A stretch of 59,264 nucleotides of DNA from Candidatus Promineifilaceae bacterium (GCA_050301775.1 JBNKZT010000001.1:1-59264), one strand, 5' to 3'. Counted from the stretch's first letter, positions 18,037 through 27,250 are shown. Program-made: numbers and translations. The notes: generated by a model from the sequence alone, not told the origin.

Positions 18037-19923
18037 ATGTTGAAGAAGAAAAGTTTGTTATTTGTAGCCCTCATGGTGGTTGCTCTTTTAGTGGTTGCTT
18101 GCCAACCCGAAGTTGTAACCGAAACCGTTGAGGTGCCCGTAGAAGTAACCCGTGTTATTACCGAAACCGTCGTGGAAGAAGGCCAGACAGTTGAGGTGAC
18201 CCGTGTTGTCGAGACCGTGGTTGAAGCTCCGGTTGAAGAAGAACCGGCAATGGCAGAACCAGTGACCAGTTATGGTGCTTCGACAACTGACATCCCCACC
18301 CTTGATCCACAAATTGCGGAAGATGTGGTGTCTAACACCTACATCGAGAACCTGTTTGTAGCTCTAACCGCTTATGATCTGGAAACAACCGAGATCGTGC
18401 CTGAAGCGGCCACGAGTTGGGACATCAGTGAAGATGGTCTGGTTTACACTTTCACTCTGCGCAACGACATTCCCTGGGTAAAACACAACCCGGTTACCGG
18501 CGAAACAGTTCAGGTTATGCGCCCGCTCTTTGATGACGCTGGCGAGCCGGCTGGTGAAGAACCCGCTTTTGTAACTGCTCAAGACTTCGTTTACAGCATC
18601 AAGCGCGCCTGTGATCCCAATATTGGCTCCTACTACAGCAGTGTGATTGCCCCGCAGGTTTTGGGTTGCTCTGCCGTATTGAACGCAGAAGATCCGGAGA
18701 ATATCCCTCAAGAATTGTGGGATGGGATTGGCGTGAGTGCTCCTGATGCCGCCACATTGGTTATCAACCTAGAATTCCCGGCCGGCTACTTCCTTTCCAT
18801 GACCCCGATGTGGACACTGGCGGCAGTGCCGCAGTGGACGATTGAAGAACACGGCGACAGCTGGATTGAAGCCGGTAATATTGTCACCAGCGGCCGTTAC
18901 GTCCTCAATGAATGGGTCCACAACGTGCGCCGTATCGTCGTCCGCAACCCCCTTATGCCGGCCGACATGTATGGTACTGGAAACATCGAAAAGATCGTGA
19001 CCAATGTCGTGCCCGACACCAGCACGGAATATGCCCTCTGGCTCAACGGCGAAGTTGACCGAACAAACATTCCTGAAGCTGAATTGGAATCTCACCTAGC
19101 CCAGTACGGCGACGAAACCATCCAGATCGCTGACCTGGCGGTGTTCTATATTGCTTTCCGTATGACCAAACCGCCGTTTGATGACGCCCGCGTCCGCCGC
19201 GCTTTTGGCGCTGCTTTCGACAGCGCTACCTACATTGCCACCGTGCGCCAGGGCCAGGGCTTGCCCATGAAACACTTCGCGCCTCCTGGCATCTTCGGTG
19301 CGCCGCCCATCAATGAAGTTGGTGTGGGCTTCGATCCAGAATTCGCCGCCGCGCAATTGGCAGAAGCCGGTTATCCCAACTGCGAAGGCTTCCCGACCGT
19401 AACCCTGCTGGGCTACAGCGGCCAAAGCACCCTCAACTGGATTGAGTTCGCCCAGGCCAACTGGTCCGAAAACCTCGGCTGCTCCGCCGACCTGATCCAG
19501 ATCGAACAGCAGCCGTTCAGCGAACTGCTGACAGCGACCGCTGCCGATGCGCCCGACGAAGAAGCGCCGCACATGTGGACGCTTGGTTGGGGTCCCGACT
19601 ATGCTGACGAAAACAACTGGGTTGGCGACGTACTCTGGTGTGAGACCGACAATCGCTCCAAGCGTACCTGCAACGAAATCGACGACATGATCGTTGAAGC
19701 CCGCCTGGAAACCGATCCGGCCACGCGTATCGAAATGTACGCCGCAATCGAAGAAGCTTTCTTCGGCTATGAGGGTGAATATCCCTTCTTCCCCATTTTC
19801 CTGCGCATTGCTTACGTTGGTTTGCACAGCTGGTATGACTATAATCCCGCCTTGTTCGGTGGCGATCAGTGGTACAACTACACAATCGACCAGGAAGCTC
19901 AAATGGCCGCTCAGGGCATGTAA
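18037..19923 (+). CDS. ABC transporter substrate-binding protein, family 5 (peptide/nickel type), lipoprotein
   Basis: Track ORF of 628 aa. Lipobox LLVVAC, a Val/Glu/Thr-rich linker, then a family-5 SBP-like body (e.g. YTFTLRNDIPWVKH, GPDYADENNW). GGAGGAGG lies 8 nt upstream of the ATG. Confidence 0.88.
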   Translation: MLKKKSLLFVALMVVALLVVACQPEVVTETVEVPVEVTRVITETVVEEGQTVEVTRVVETVVEAPVEEEPAMAEPVTSYGASTTDIPTLDPQIAEDVVSNTYIENLFVALTAYDLETTEIVPEAATSWDISEDGLVYTFTLRNDIPWVKHNPVTGETVQVMRPLFDDAGEPAGEEPAFVTAQDFVYSIKRACDPNIGSYYSSVIAPQVLGCSAVLNAEDPENIPQELWDGIGVSAPDAATLVINLEFPAGYFLSMTPMWTLAAVPQWTIEEHGDSWIEAGNIVTSGRYVLNEWVHNVRRIVVRNPLMPADMYGTGNIEKIVTNVVPDTSTEYALWLNGEVDRTNIPEAELESHLAQYGDETIQIADLAVFYIAFRMTKPPFDDARVRRAFGAAFDSATYIATVRQGQGLPMKHFAPPGIFGAPPINEVGVGFDPEFAAAQLAEAGYPNCEGFPTVTLLGYSGQSTLNWIEFAQANWSENLGCSADLIQIEQQPFSELLTATAADAPDEEAPHMWTLGWGPDYADENNWVGDVLWCETDNRSKRTCNEIDDMIVEARLETDPATRIEMYAAIEEAFFGYEGEYPFFPIFLRIAYVGLHSWYDYNPALFGGDQWYNYTIDQEAQMAAQGM

Positions 19924-19950
19924 TCAGGCTCTGATTTAGCCTTTTTCTTT

Positions 19951-19978
19951 GGGGGAGCAGTTACAAAACTGCTCCCCC
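19951..19978 (+). terminator. Perfect 10-bp stem-loop just after the SBP gene (possible attenuating terminator or mRNA stabiliser)
   Basis: GGGGGAGCAG ttacaaaa CTGCTCCCCC. No clear T-run follows, so this is a stem-loop rather than a canonical intrinsic terminator. Confidence 0.45.
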
Positions 19979-20273
19979 ATTCCACCTCTTCATTTCGGCC
20001 TTTAGGAGCCATGTTTGTATTTTGTTCAGTGAGTGGTGTTTGTTGGTCAGGTCATCATAAAATAATCAACATTTGACAAGACTTGATAACCAAACACTTA
20101 TTACTGAACAAATGTAACTGCTGTAAAGGAAGCAGCCATTTCGATGAGCGAAGCGAGAAAAAATCTTTATCGTCTAATACGATAGGCAAGATTTCTCCCT
20201 CTGGTCGAAATGATACTTGTGCAATTACGAATAGCTAATTTTCAAAAACCATTTACTGATTTGAGAGGTTGTT

Positions 20274-21245
20274 ATGATTACCTACATTATTCGCCGTCTG
20301 TTAATTTCTATTCCGGTTATCTTTTTGATCGTGTTGGTCACTTTCTTGTTAGTCCAGGCAATGCCCGGTGGCCCTTTTGACACCGTAGGTACAAAAGCAA
20401 TGCCGGAATATATGCGGCGAATCATGGAAGAAAGGTACGGCCTTAATCAACCCGTGTCGGTGCAGTTTTTTAACTACCTTGGCAACCTCTTAAAAGGCGA
20501 TTTAGGCCCCATGCTGCGTTTACGCAGCCAGGATGTGAATGATATTGTGTCCGAAACCTTTCCGGTTTCCTTCCAGTTAGGAGCCATGTCTCTGATGCTA
20601 GGCTTCGGCATTGGCATTCCGGCGGGCATTCTAGCGGCATTGAAACATAATACCTTCATTGATTATTCGTCCACATTTATTGCTGTCGTAGCGGCATCGA
20701 TTCCGAATCTCGTTTTAGGCCCTGTTTTGATCCTCATCTTTGGCGTATGGCTAGACTGGTTCCCAATAGCCTTTTGGGGGGCCGAACCGCCGTTTGTTTT
20801 AGGATTTTTGCCCAAATTGACGGTTAATTTTTGGACACATGCCGTTTTACCTGTCTTTGCGTTGGGGACGGCATATTCCGCCGGTATCGCCCGTCTGACA
20901 CGAGCCGGTCTGTTAGAAACTTTGGATTCGGATTACATTCGCACGGCACGCGCCAAGGGGCTGCATGAGCGTGTGATCATTGCTATTCATGCTTTAAAGA
21001 ATTCACTTATCCCTGTTGTAACCATTGTTGGGCCGCTGCTGGCTGGCGCCGTGACCGGTGCTTTTATCACAGAGACCATTTTTGCCTTAAATGGGATGGG
21101 ACGGCGATTTGTCGAAAGTATCAACCAGCGAGAATATTTTTTGCAAACGAGTTTGACACTGATTTTTGGCATTTTATTAATCGCGGGCAACCTTTTGGTG
21201 GATATCCTTTACGCCTGGTTGGATCCGCGTATTCGTTACGATTAA
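20274..21245 (+). CDS. Peptide ABC transporter permease, B-type
   Basis: Track ORF of 323 aa. It has the typical OppB/DppB N-terminus MITYIIRRLLISIPVIFLIVLVTFLLVQAMPGGPF and the EAA-loop region DYIRTARAKGL. Confidence 0.92.
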   Translation: MITYIIRRLLISIPVIFLIVLVTFLLVQAMPGGPFDTVGTKAMPEYMRRIMEERYGLNQPVSVQFFNYLGNLLKGDLGPMLRLRSQDVNDIVSETFPVSFQLGAMSLMLGFGIGIPAGILAALKHNTFIDYSSTFIAVVAASIPNLVLGPVLILIFGVWLDWFPIAFWGAEPPFVLGFLPKLTVNFWTHAVLPVFALGTAYSAGIARLTRAGLLETLDSDYIRTARAKGLHERVIIAIHALKNSLIPVVTIVGPLLAGAVTGAFITETIFALNGMGRRFVESINQREYFLQTSLTLIFGILLIAGNLLVDILYAWLDPRIRYD

Positions 21246-21381
21246 TCATGAGTCCCCACTGTTCATTGTTAAGTTGGCAGTTTCCAGAAAGCCAGTTTCG
21301 GGAATTGTAATTCCTGAAACATTCAGTTTACTACGAAAGTGTAACCTGGTTTGAAATGAATTTTTTGTTAGGAAATGAATT

Positions 21382-22413
21382 ATGATTGCAGAATTGGAAT
21401 TAGAACAGGTAAAAGAGGAAACGAAAGGACGCAGCCCAGGGCAAGATGCCTGGCGTGAATTTCGTCGCAACAAGATCGCGGTGGCTGGTGGAATTTTCAT
21501 TATCATTTTAGTTATTGTGGCTTTGGCTGCCCCCATATTTGCCCCTTATCACTATGCTACCCAAAATAATCTTAATAATCGGGCTAAGCCAATGGAAGCA
21601 TACATTGTAACAACAGACAAATTGCCCGAATGTAATTGGGCGAATACGCCATTGGAATGGGGCTGCACGCTGTTTATATTTGGTTCGGACGCATTGGGTA
21701 GAGATATTTGGAGCCGGGTTGTATACGGCGCTCGCGTATCTTTGGCGGTAGCGATTGTGGCCTCGACGGTTTCGCTGAGTATTGGGATTATCTATGGGAC
21801 GGTCTCCGGTTATGCCGGTGGTGTAGTTGACAATGTCATGATGCGCATTGTTGACTTTATGTATGCAATCCCTTTGCTGCCGATCATTATTTTGATGACA
21901 GTATATTTTAAGGCGCTGTCTCGAGCCGGCGTTTCGACAGGAGTCGCTGGTTTTCTTATTCAGCTCGATCGGTCAGCCGGCGGGCTGCTGTTTGTCTTTA
22001 TTGCTTTGGGCGCGTTGAGCTGGATTGGTATGGCCCGGCTGGCTCGCGGCCAGGTACTCTCTTATAAACAAAAAGAGTTTGTGGAAGCGGCTACGGCAAT
22101 GGGTGCGACCAATTCTCGTATCATTTTTAAACATTTGTTACCGAATATCATTGGTCCACTGTTGATTTCTGAAAGTCTGGCCATACCAGGTTACATTTTC
22201 CTGGAAGCAGCGCTCAGTTTTATCGGGCTGGGCGTCAATCCGCCTACTCCAAGTTGGGGGGCCATGATTACTGAAGGCTATCAAGGTCTTCGGTCTAATC
22301 CGCATTTGGTACTGGTGCCAGGCATGGCTTTGGTTTTAACGACGCTGGCTTTTAATTTCATGGGGGATGGCTTGCGTGACGCGTTTGATCCGCGGATGCG
22401 TGGGAAACATTAA
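21382..22413 (+). CDS. Peptide ABC transporter permease, C-type
   Basis: Track ORF of 343 aa. OppC/DppC-like features: RRNKIAVAGGIFIIILVIVALAAPIFAPY, FGSDALGRDIWSRVVYGARVSL and EFVEAATAMGA. Confidence 0.92.
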   Translation: MIAELELEQVKEETKGRSPGQDAWREFRRNKIAVAGGIFIIILVIVALAAPIFAPYHYATQNNLNNRAKPMEAYIVTTDKLPECNWANTPLEWGCTLFIFGSDALGRDIWSRVVYGARVSLAVAIVASTVSLSIGIIYGTVSGYAGGVVDNVMMRIVDFMYAIPLLPIIILMTVYFKALSRAGVSTGVAGFLIQLDRSAGGLLFVFIALGALSWIGMARLARGQVLSYKQKEFVEAATAMGATNSRIIFKHLLPNIIGPLLISESLAIPGYIFLEAALSFIGLGVNPPTPSWGAMITEGYQGLRSNPHLVLVPGMALVLTTLAFNFMGDGLRDAFDPRMRGKH

Positions 22414-22428
22414 AGATTTGCCCGTTAG

Positions 22429-22527
22429 GCAAGCGCAGTTTTTAACTTGTGCATTTTAAGCGGAAAAAACTGCGTTTGCTTAAGAGGAATCGTTTTCTTT
22501 TTGAAAAGTTATTTGTAAACGATTCCA
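22429..22527 (+). terminator. Two consecutive long stem-loops downstream of the last permease gene
   Basis: GCAAGCGCAGTTTTT(20 nt)AAAAAACTGCGTTTGC at 22429-22479, and GGAATCGTTT(21 nt)AAACGATTCC at 22487-22527. Confidence 0.45.
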
Positions 22528-22581
22528 AATTGTCATTCCTGTGGCGAACTAAATTTGGAGTGAAGAGGAAGAACAAGTGTA

Positions 22582-23199
22582 ATGAAGGGACGAAGAGCAT
22601 TAGTTTTAATGATTGGGGTGTTGATTCTGGCCAGTCTGGCATGTAGTCAAGCAGGTGAGATTTTAACACCGGCTGAAGCGACAGCGCGCGCAGTAGAAGC
22701 AGCACCCGTTTTTACAACAGGTGGTTCATCGGTGGAAGGTGGTATGTTTGAGGCCGGGGATAAAGCGGCGTTGACAGACCGCAGCTTTTTGGTGAATCTG
22801 TATGATGCTCCTGGTGGTAAAGTTTCGGCGGGACAGGAACGTGGCGCTGAAGTGACTGTGTTGGAGGTTTCGACTGAAGCGGGTAACGTCTGGTACAAAA
22901 TTGAAGCGCCGACGGGCGAAGCCTGGGTCCCAGCAAAAAATCTTGAGGCCCTGGAAGGTGAAGCGGGAACTACTATTGAAGGGCCGCAGCCAGGTGATGG
23001 CGCTTATTTGCAGGGAAGGAGCTTCCTGGTGAACTTATTAGATACACCGGGTGGGAAAATGATAGCCGGTCAGGAACGTGGTATGGCGATTACTATTTTG
23101 CAGGTTGTCGAGGTTGACGGTGCTGTGTGGTATCAAATTGACGCGCCAACTGGCCAGGGTTGGGTACCAGCAGAGAATATTACGACTGAAGCACCGTAA
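22582..23199 (+). CDS. Lipoprotein with two tandem SH3b-like domains
   Basis: Track ORF of 205 aa. Lipobox LASLAC. Internal duplication: RSFLVNLYDAPGGKVSAGQERGAEVTVLEV..GNVWYKIEAPTGEAWVPAKNL versus RSFLVNLLDTPGGKMIAGQERGMAITILQV..GAVWYQIDAPTGQGWVPAENI. Confidence 0.7.
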   Translation: MKGRRALVLMIGVLILASLACSQAGEILTPAEATARAVEAAPVFTTGGSSVEGGMFEAGDKAALTDRSFLVNLYDAPGGKVSAGQERGAEVTVLEVSTEAGNVWYKIEAPTGEAWVPAKNLEALEGEAGTTIEGPQPGDGAYLQGRSFLVNLLDTPGGKMIAGQERGMAITILQVVEVDGAVWYQIDAPTGQGWVPAENITTEAP

Positions 23200-23329
23200 G
23201 CTTTTCTGAATCTTACAGCTTAGTAAGCGGCCGACAATAAATTATCTAGTCGGAAGGCCGCTTACTCTAAGCCTGTTCGCCAATTCCGCTAACTTATTTG
23301 CGAACGGGCACTTAATATAATTGATAACG

Positions 23330-23368
23330 CAGGGAAGCGTAGATTCAGATCGGCGCTTCCCTGTTTTT
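23330..23368 (+). terminator. Intrinsic terminator
   Basis: CAGGGAAGCG (14-nt loop) CGCTTCCCTG followed by TTTTT. A second hairpin lies upstream at about 23223-23268 (AGTAAGCGGCCGAC...GTCGG..GGCCGCTTACT). Confidence 0.7.
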
Positions 23369-23394
23369 ATTGGATGGGGCTTGGGAATTGTGTG

Positions 23395-25194
23395 ATGTAC
23401 GCTTTGCTTAATCTGAGCAGGAAATTGCAAAACAAACCACATGCCTTGTGGTTTGTTGTTGGTTTGTTTTTTTTGTTGTCGGCCTGTTCTGGCGGAGCCG
23501 CTCGAGAGTGGCTGAATGCGCCAGATTGGAGTCATGGGCTGCCATTGCAGGAGACGCGAATCGGTGATCCGGTGGCATTAACGCTGGATGATGACGGGGG
23601 CATTTATTTATTGTTTGTCACGGCCGTTAACTCACAGCTTGCACCCAAAATTGTCGCCTTGAACCGGCAGGCGGAACATGTATGGGAACAAACACTGCCG
23701 ATTACCCTTTCACAACCCGATAAGCCGATCCTACTTTGGGATGGCCAGGTGTTGAACTTGCTGTGGCTGGCGAGTAACAGCCTGTACCAGGCGCAGCTAG
23801 ACACGGCCGGTAATATGGTAATGGAACCGAGCCAGTTGTCCGGGGATACGATTGTGGCTGCGTTTGACGCGGCAGTATCCCCGGACGGGCGGCTGACGGT
23901 CTGGTATGCCGGGCGGCGGAATACTCCAGGGCTGTATGCGCTGCCAGGTGGCAGTTTGACAAACGAGGCAGTTTTGGTCGATGCAGAGGGGATACGGCCG
24001 TCACTCCAATACGACAACGCCGGCAATTTACATAGTTCCTGGACGCATTATCCACCAGGGTATGGTGACACGGTTTATTTTTATGCGGTTTATGATGCGG
24101 GCCTGTTTGAAGCAGGGCGGGAAACGGCCGTATACCGTTCCCAACCCAAACCGTCGGACATTATGACCGGCCCCTGGCTGGGAATGGACAGCCAACTTGT
24201 TTACCTCTTCTGGAACATCTCGGTGCGGACCGGACCGGAAGCGGGGAAAGTTCTAACCCAGTATCTAACTTTCCCGCCTGGCCATCCGGCACTGTTTTCT
24301 GGACCGCAGGCGATTATTGTGCCGGGTACGGCTGATTTGGACTATGCTTACGAACCGGATGCGGGGCTGACGGCCGGACAGCGTGTTTTTCCAATTGACA
24401 TCTACCCAGCGACAACGGCCGTTACCGATGCCGCCTTGCTCACAACCAATCAACCTGCCCCGGAAATGGCCGTCGCTTTTGATGCCTTGATCCCATATGA
24501 ATTCCGCAAAGAACGGGGGCAGATAGGTGTCTTGTACCTACAAAACTGGCAGGTCAATGGCTACCAACTACTCAGCTTCACCCCCAATGCCTCCGTTATG
24601 CCGACGATTGTCAGTGATGCCAACGACTACCTCTATTTGACCTGGTTGGAGCGCGCCGACTCCGGTGGGTTCCAGATTTATTTTGCCAGCACCGCGCCCG
24701 ATCTTGTTGAAGCATTATCAGACGTGACGACAGGTGATTTGGCCCGAATAGGCCGGGAAACAACCTTTGGCTTACTATCAGGCGCGGTTTTATCGCCCAT
24801 CCTGGTCGCACTGTGGGCTTTGCTGCCCATGTTCGTGTTGTATATCACTTCGATTCTGCGTCGCGGACAGCCAGGCAAACGAGTCTTAGTTGGCACAATA
24901 ATCAGTTTACTATTGGCCTTTGCCGCTTATTGGTTGATGAAGCTGGCGACAATCCCCGGTATTCGTAGTTACGTACCTTTTTCGGCCTGGGTTCCGGGAA
25001 TACCGGTCTGGCTGCAAGCTGCCTTGCAGATTGGCGTACCGATTGTGACGACACTGGCCGGGATTGCTGCCGCCTGGTATTTTACGTATCGGCGCAATTC
25101 GGAATCAATTCTGAATTTTTTGTTTATTTTTATCGCCGTAGATGGCTTGATCACAATGGCTATTTATGGCTTCCAGTTTTATAATGTGATTTAG
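23395..25194 (+). CDS. Hypothetical lipoprotein/membrane protein: large extracytoplasmic domain plus C-terminal multi-TM region
   Basis: Track ORF 23374..25194. The likely start is ATG 23395 (MYALLNLSRKLQNKPHALWFVVGLFFLLSAC, lipobox). The C-terminal third has several hydrophobic helices (AVLSPILVALWALLPMFVLYI, LVGTIISLLLAFAAYWLM, and others). I recognise no family motif. Confidence 0.7.
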   Translation: MYALLNLSRKLQNKPHALWFVVGLFFLLSACSGGAAREWLNAPDWSHGLPLQETRIGDPVALTLDDDGGIYLLFVTAVNSQLAPKIVALNRQAEHVWEQTLPITLSQPDKPILLWDGQVLNLLWLASNSLYQAQLDTAGNMVMEPSQLSGDTIVAAFDAAVSPDGRLTVWYAGRRNTPGLYALPGGSLTNEAVLVDAEGIRPSLQYDNAGNLHSSWTHYPPGYGDTVYFYAVYDAGLFEAGRETAVYRSQPKPSDIMTGPWLGMDSQLVYLFWNISVRTGPEAGKVLTQYLTFPPGHPALFSGPQAIIVPGTADLDYAYEPDAGLTAGQRVFPIDIYPATTAVTDAALLTTNQPAPEMAVAFDALIPYEFRKERGQIGVLYLQNWQVNGYQLLSFTPNASVMPTIVSDANDYLYLTWLERADSGGFQIYFASTAPDLVEALSDVTTGDLARIGRETTFGLLSGAVLSPILVALWALLPMFVLYITSILRRGQPGKRVLVGTIISLLLAFAAYWLMKLATIPGIRSYVPFSAWVPGIPVWLQAALQIGVPIVTTLAGIAAAWYFTYRRNSESILNFLFIFIAVDGLITMAIYGFQFYNVI

Positions 25195-25222
25195 GTGAAA
25201 GCGGGAAGATATTTAGAATTCT

Positions 25223-25369
25223 ATGAAGGCCGTTCTCCCGCTTCCCCTGAGTAAACCGCAGAGAAATGACGTATTATTCATCCCAATACTTTTTGCGGTT
25301 TACCTGGCAGGCTGTCGGGAAAGTCAAAACCAGTCAATCAATCAGCGAATTAGCCCTCTGAAATACTAA
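25223..25369 (+). CDS. Candidate 48-aa small lipoprotein (below the ORF-track cutoff)
   Basis: Own translation: MKAVLPLPLSKPQRNDVLFIPILFAVYLAGCRESQNQSINQRISPLKY. It has a charged n-region, a hydrophobic core and a LAGC lipobox. There is no homology evidence. Confidence 0.25.
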   Translation: MKAVLPLPLSKPQRNDVLFIPILFAVYLAGCRESQNQSINQRISPLKY

Positions 25370-25385
25370 CAAGCAAACCGGCCAT

Positions 25386-26081
25386 CTACTCCTCCGGTGG
25401 CGCGGAAATGAAGACCCAATAATGCTTGTATGTACTGTTCGCAACATAGGCATAACCGATACCGTAGTTGGTCTGATCCGCCCAAAACGTGTCTTCCGCC
25501 AGCACGTGGGTGCGATGTCCGGCCGAGTTCAACCAACCCGCCCAGGTTGCGGACGCAGTCGTGTAACCGGCGGCAATGGATTCGATGTTGTTGGCATCGT
25601 TCGCCGTACCGTACCAGGTTGGTAAAGCATAACCTGCTTGCCGGACCAGGTAATTGGGTCCGTACCCATCGGGGTTGGTATGGCTGAAATAATTGCGTGT
25701 TCCCATGTCCAATGCCCGCTCACGCGCCACCTGGGCCAGCGTAGGATCACAGATCATGAACGGCCGTCCCTGATCGGGATGATTGATGGCAAAACTGGCA
25801 ATTTCCTGTTCCTGTGGATTAAGTTCACATTCGAACGGTCGTACAACAAGCGGCAAATAAACAAATTTATCAAGTGCGGCAGCGGTGTCGCTTGGCGGGT
25901 TCTCCGACGCTGTGGATGGGAAAATCGGCTCAGGAAGTTGTGTTGGGCTTTCTCCAATGACAGGGGTTGTTGGCAAATTATCTTGTGCGCTCGCGAGTCT
26001 GGCGATAATGAAGATGGCTGAAACGAGCAGCAAACCCAAGACGATGGTTAGTATTTGATAGGCTTTGGGTTTCACTTTCAT
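25386..26081 (-). CDS. Secreted CAP/SCP (PR-1-like, YkwD-type) domain protein
   Basis: Track ORF of 231 aa. N-terminal TM/signal, a Pro-rich linker, and CAP motifs YFSHTNPDG, AGWLNSAGHRTHVL and YWVFI. It contains VYLPLVV between the linker and the CAP domain. Confidence 0.85.
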   Translation of the reverse strand: MKVKPKAYQILTIVLGLLLVSAIFIIARLASAQDNLPTTPVIGESPTQLPEPIFPSTASENPPSDTAAALDKFVYLPLVVRPFECELNPQEQEIASFAINHPDQGRPFMICDPTLAQVARERALDMGTRNYFSHTNPDGYGPNYLVRQAGYALPTWYGTANDANNIESIAAGYTTASATWAGWLNSAGHRTHVLAEDTFWADQTNYGIGYAYVANSTYKHYWVFISAPPEE

Positions 26082-26094
26082 GAATTATCTCCAT

Positions 26095-26206
26095 TTAGAC
26101 TCAGCAGATCCAGATTTTTGCCACAGATTTCACGAATTACACGAAAACAAGCGCCTAATTTGTGAGATTCGTGACATTCGTGGCAGATTTTGGATCTACT
26201 TAGACT
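26095..26206. mobile_element. MITE-like element: about 98 bp with roughly 45-nt imperfect terminal inverted repeats, flanked by a 7-bp direct repeat TTAGACT
   Basis: TTAGACT (26095-26101) | CAGCAGATCCAGATTTTTGCCACAGATTTCACGAATTACACG ... TGTGAGATTCGTGACATTCGTGGCAGATTTTGGATCTAC | TTAGACT (26200-26206). The core is built of CACGAAT/CACAGAT decamer units, as at 48121-48190. Confidence 0.55.
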
Positions 26207-26331
26207 GATTAATTTTATTATCGTTGCTGAAACTGGCAATTGGTACAGTACGTTGGGCCTACCCAATGTCGGACAAACAGGTGCAATGGTGCTGTTTCAA
26301 GCTGTGTTTTTTTGAAACTGGGTGTTGTGGG

Positions 26332-27159
26332 TTAGTTGTGCCTGATTTGAATGTTTAGCGCAGACGTTAGAGAGTTCATAAGGGTAACGGCCGTTCCCTC
26401 TTTCTCTAAAGTGATGCTGATAAGCTTCCCATTCATGTCCTCAAATTTAGTCTGCTCGGAAAACCCGGCCGCTTGCAAAACCTGAATGTAATCCAGATCG
26501 GCACTTTCCTTCTCGAACTGGCAGTTGATGACGTATTGGCCTTCATTGGGGCTAAGGACGGCCGTTAATTCACACGATTCGGGCGGTGGCACCAGGGGGG
26601 CGGGCCATTGGAGGGGAACGGCCGTTGGCGGACTATTGGGGACTGGGACAGCATCCTGAATGACGGCCTTGAACCCATTGGTGTAAATATCGTAAACGGC
26701 CGTGTCGCCACCCGCTTCCAGGCGCATGTGATAATCGCCTTTCGTGATGTCAACCGCGTCAAACTCACCCCGCTTTAGCTTTTCTTCCGAACTGTCAGAA
26801 AAACCTTCTTGCGAATAAACGAGATATTCAAGCGCGAACCCGGCCTTTTCCAGTTGGTCCAGGTATTGTTCAATTTGACGATCAGTCACCGACTCGTAAA
26901 AAATTCTAACCTTGTCGGAACCGCCCATGACCAAATTGATGCTGCCATCCAAAACAGGAATAGCATCCGGGATATATTCCGGCCATTGGGCACTGTCGCC
27001 AAACACCGCCGGCGCAGCCCCATTATCAGCGCCGGTTGATTGACTGCCGGTCAGACCTTCAGCAGTTGAGTCATTGACGACCTCATTGTCGTTCCCGCAG
27101 CTAATGAGCGTTAAAAGCGAAAATAGGACGATAAAGAACGTTGCGAATTTAGCTCCCAT
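26332..27159 (-). CDS. Hypothetical lipoprotein
   Basis: Track ORF of 275 aa. Signal plus lipobox FSLLTLISCGN. Two loosely similar alpha/beta segments (IEQYLDQLEKAGFALEY and LDYIQVLQAAGFSEQ). No family is recognised. Confidence 0.7.
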   Translation of the reverse strand: MGAKFATFFIVLFSLLTLISCGNDNEVVNDSTAEGLTGSQSTGADNGAAPAVFGDSAQWPEYIPDAIPVLDGSINLVMGGSDKVRIFYESVTDRQIEQYLDQLEKAGFALEYLVYSQEGFSDSSEEKLKRGEFDAVDITKGDYHMRLEAGGDTAVYDIYTNGFKAVIQDAVPVPNSPPTAVPLQWPAPLVPPPESCELTAVLSPNEGQYVINCQFEKESADLDYIQVLQAAGFSEQTKFEDMNGKLISITLEKEGTAVTLMNSLTSALNIQIRHN

Positions 27160-27250
27160 TTGTTAACCCCTTTTCCGGTTGAAGCGTGCGTTGGCTTTCC
27201 GGTGCCTATCGATTTGAATATTATGCAAGACATAAAAGTTCAAGTCAATT

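Noticed and set aside
19096-19902. 268-aa minus-strand ORF inside the substrate-binding-protein gene
   Set aside because: It is an antisense shadow of a confidently identified family-5 SBP gene, with no motifs and no plausible start context.
22442-22705. Small ORFs (87 aa on the minus strand, 65 aa on the + strand) in the oppC - SH3b spacer
   Set aside because: They span two long hairpins and AT-rich DNA. The translations are Lys/Leu/Phe-rich nonsense and overlap the start of the lipoprotein gene.
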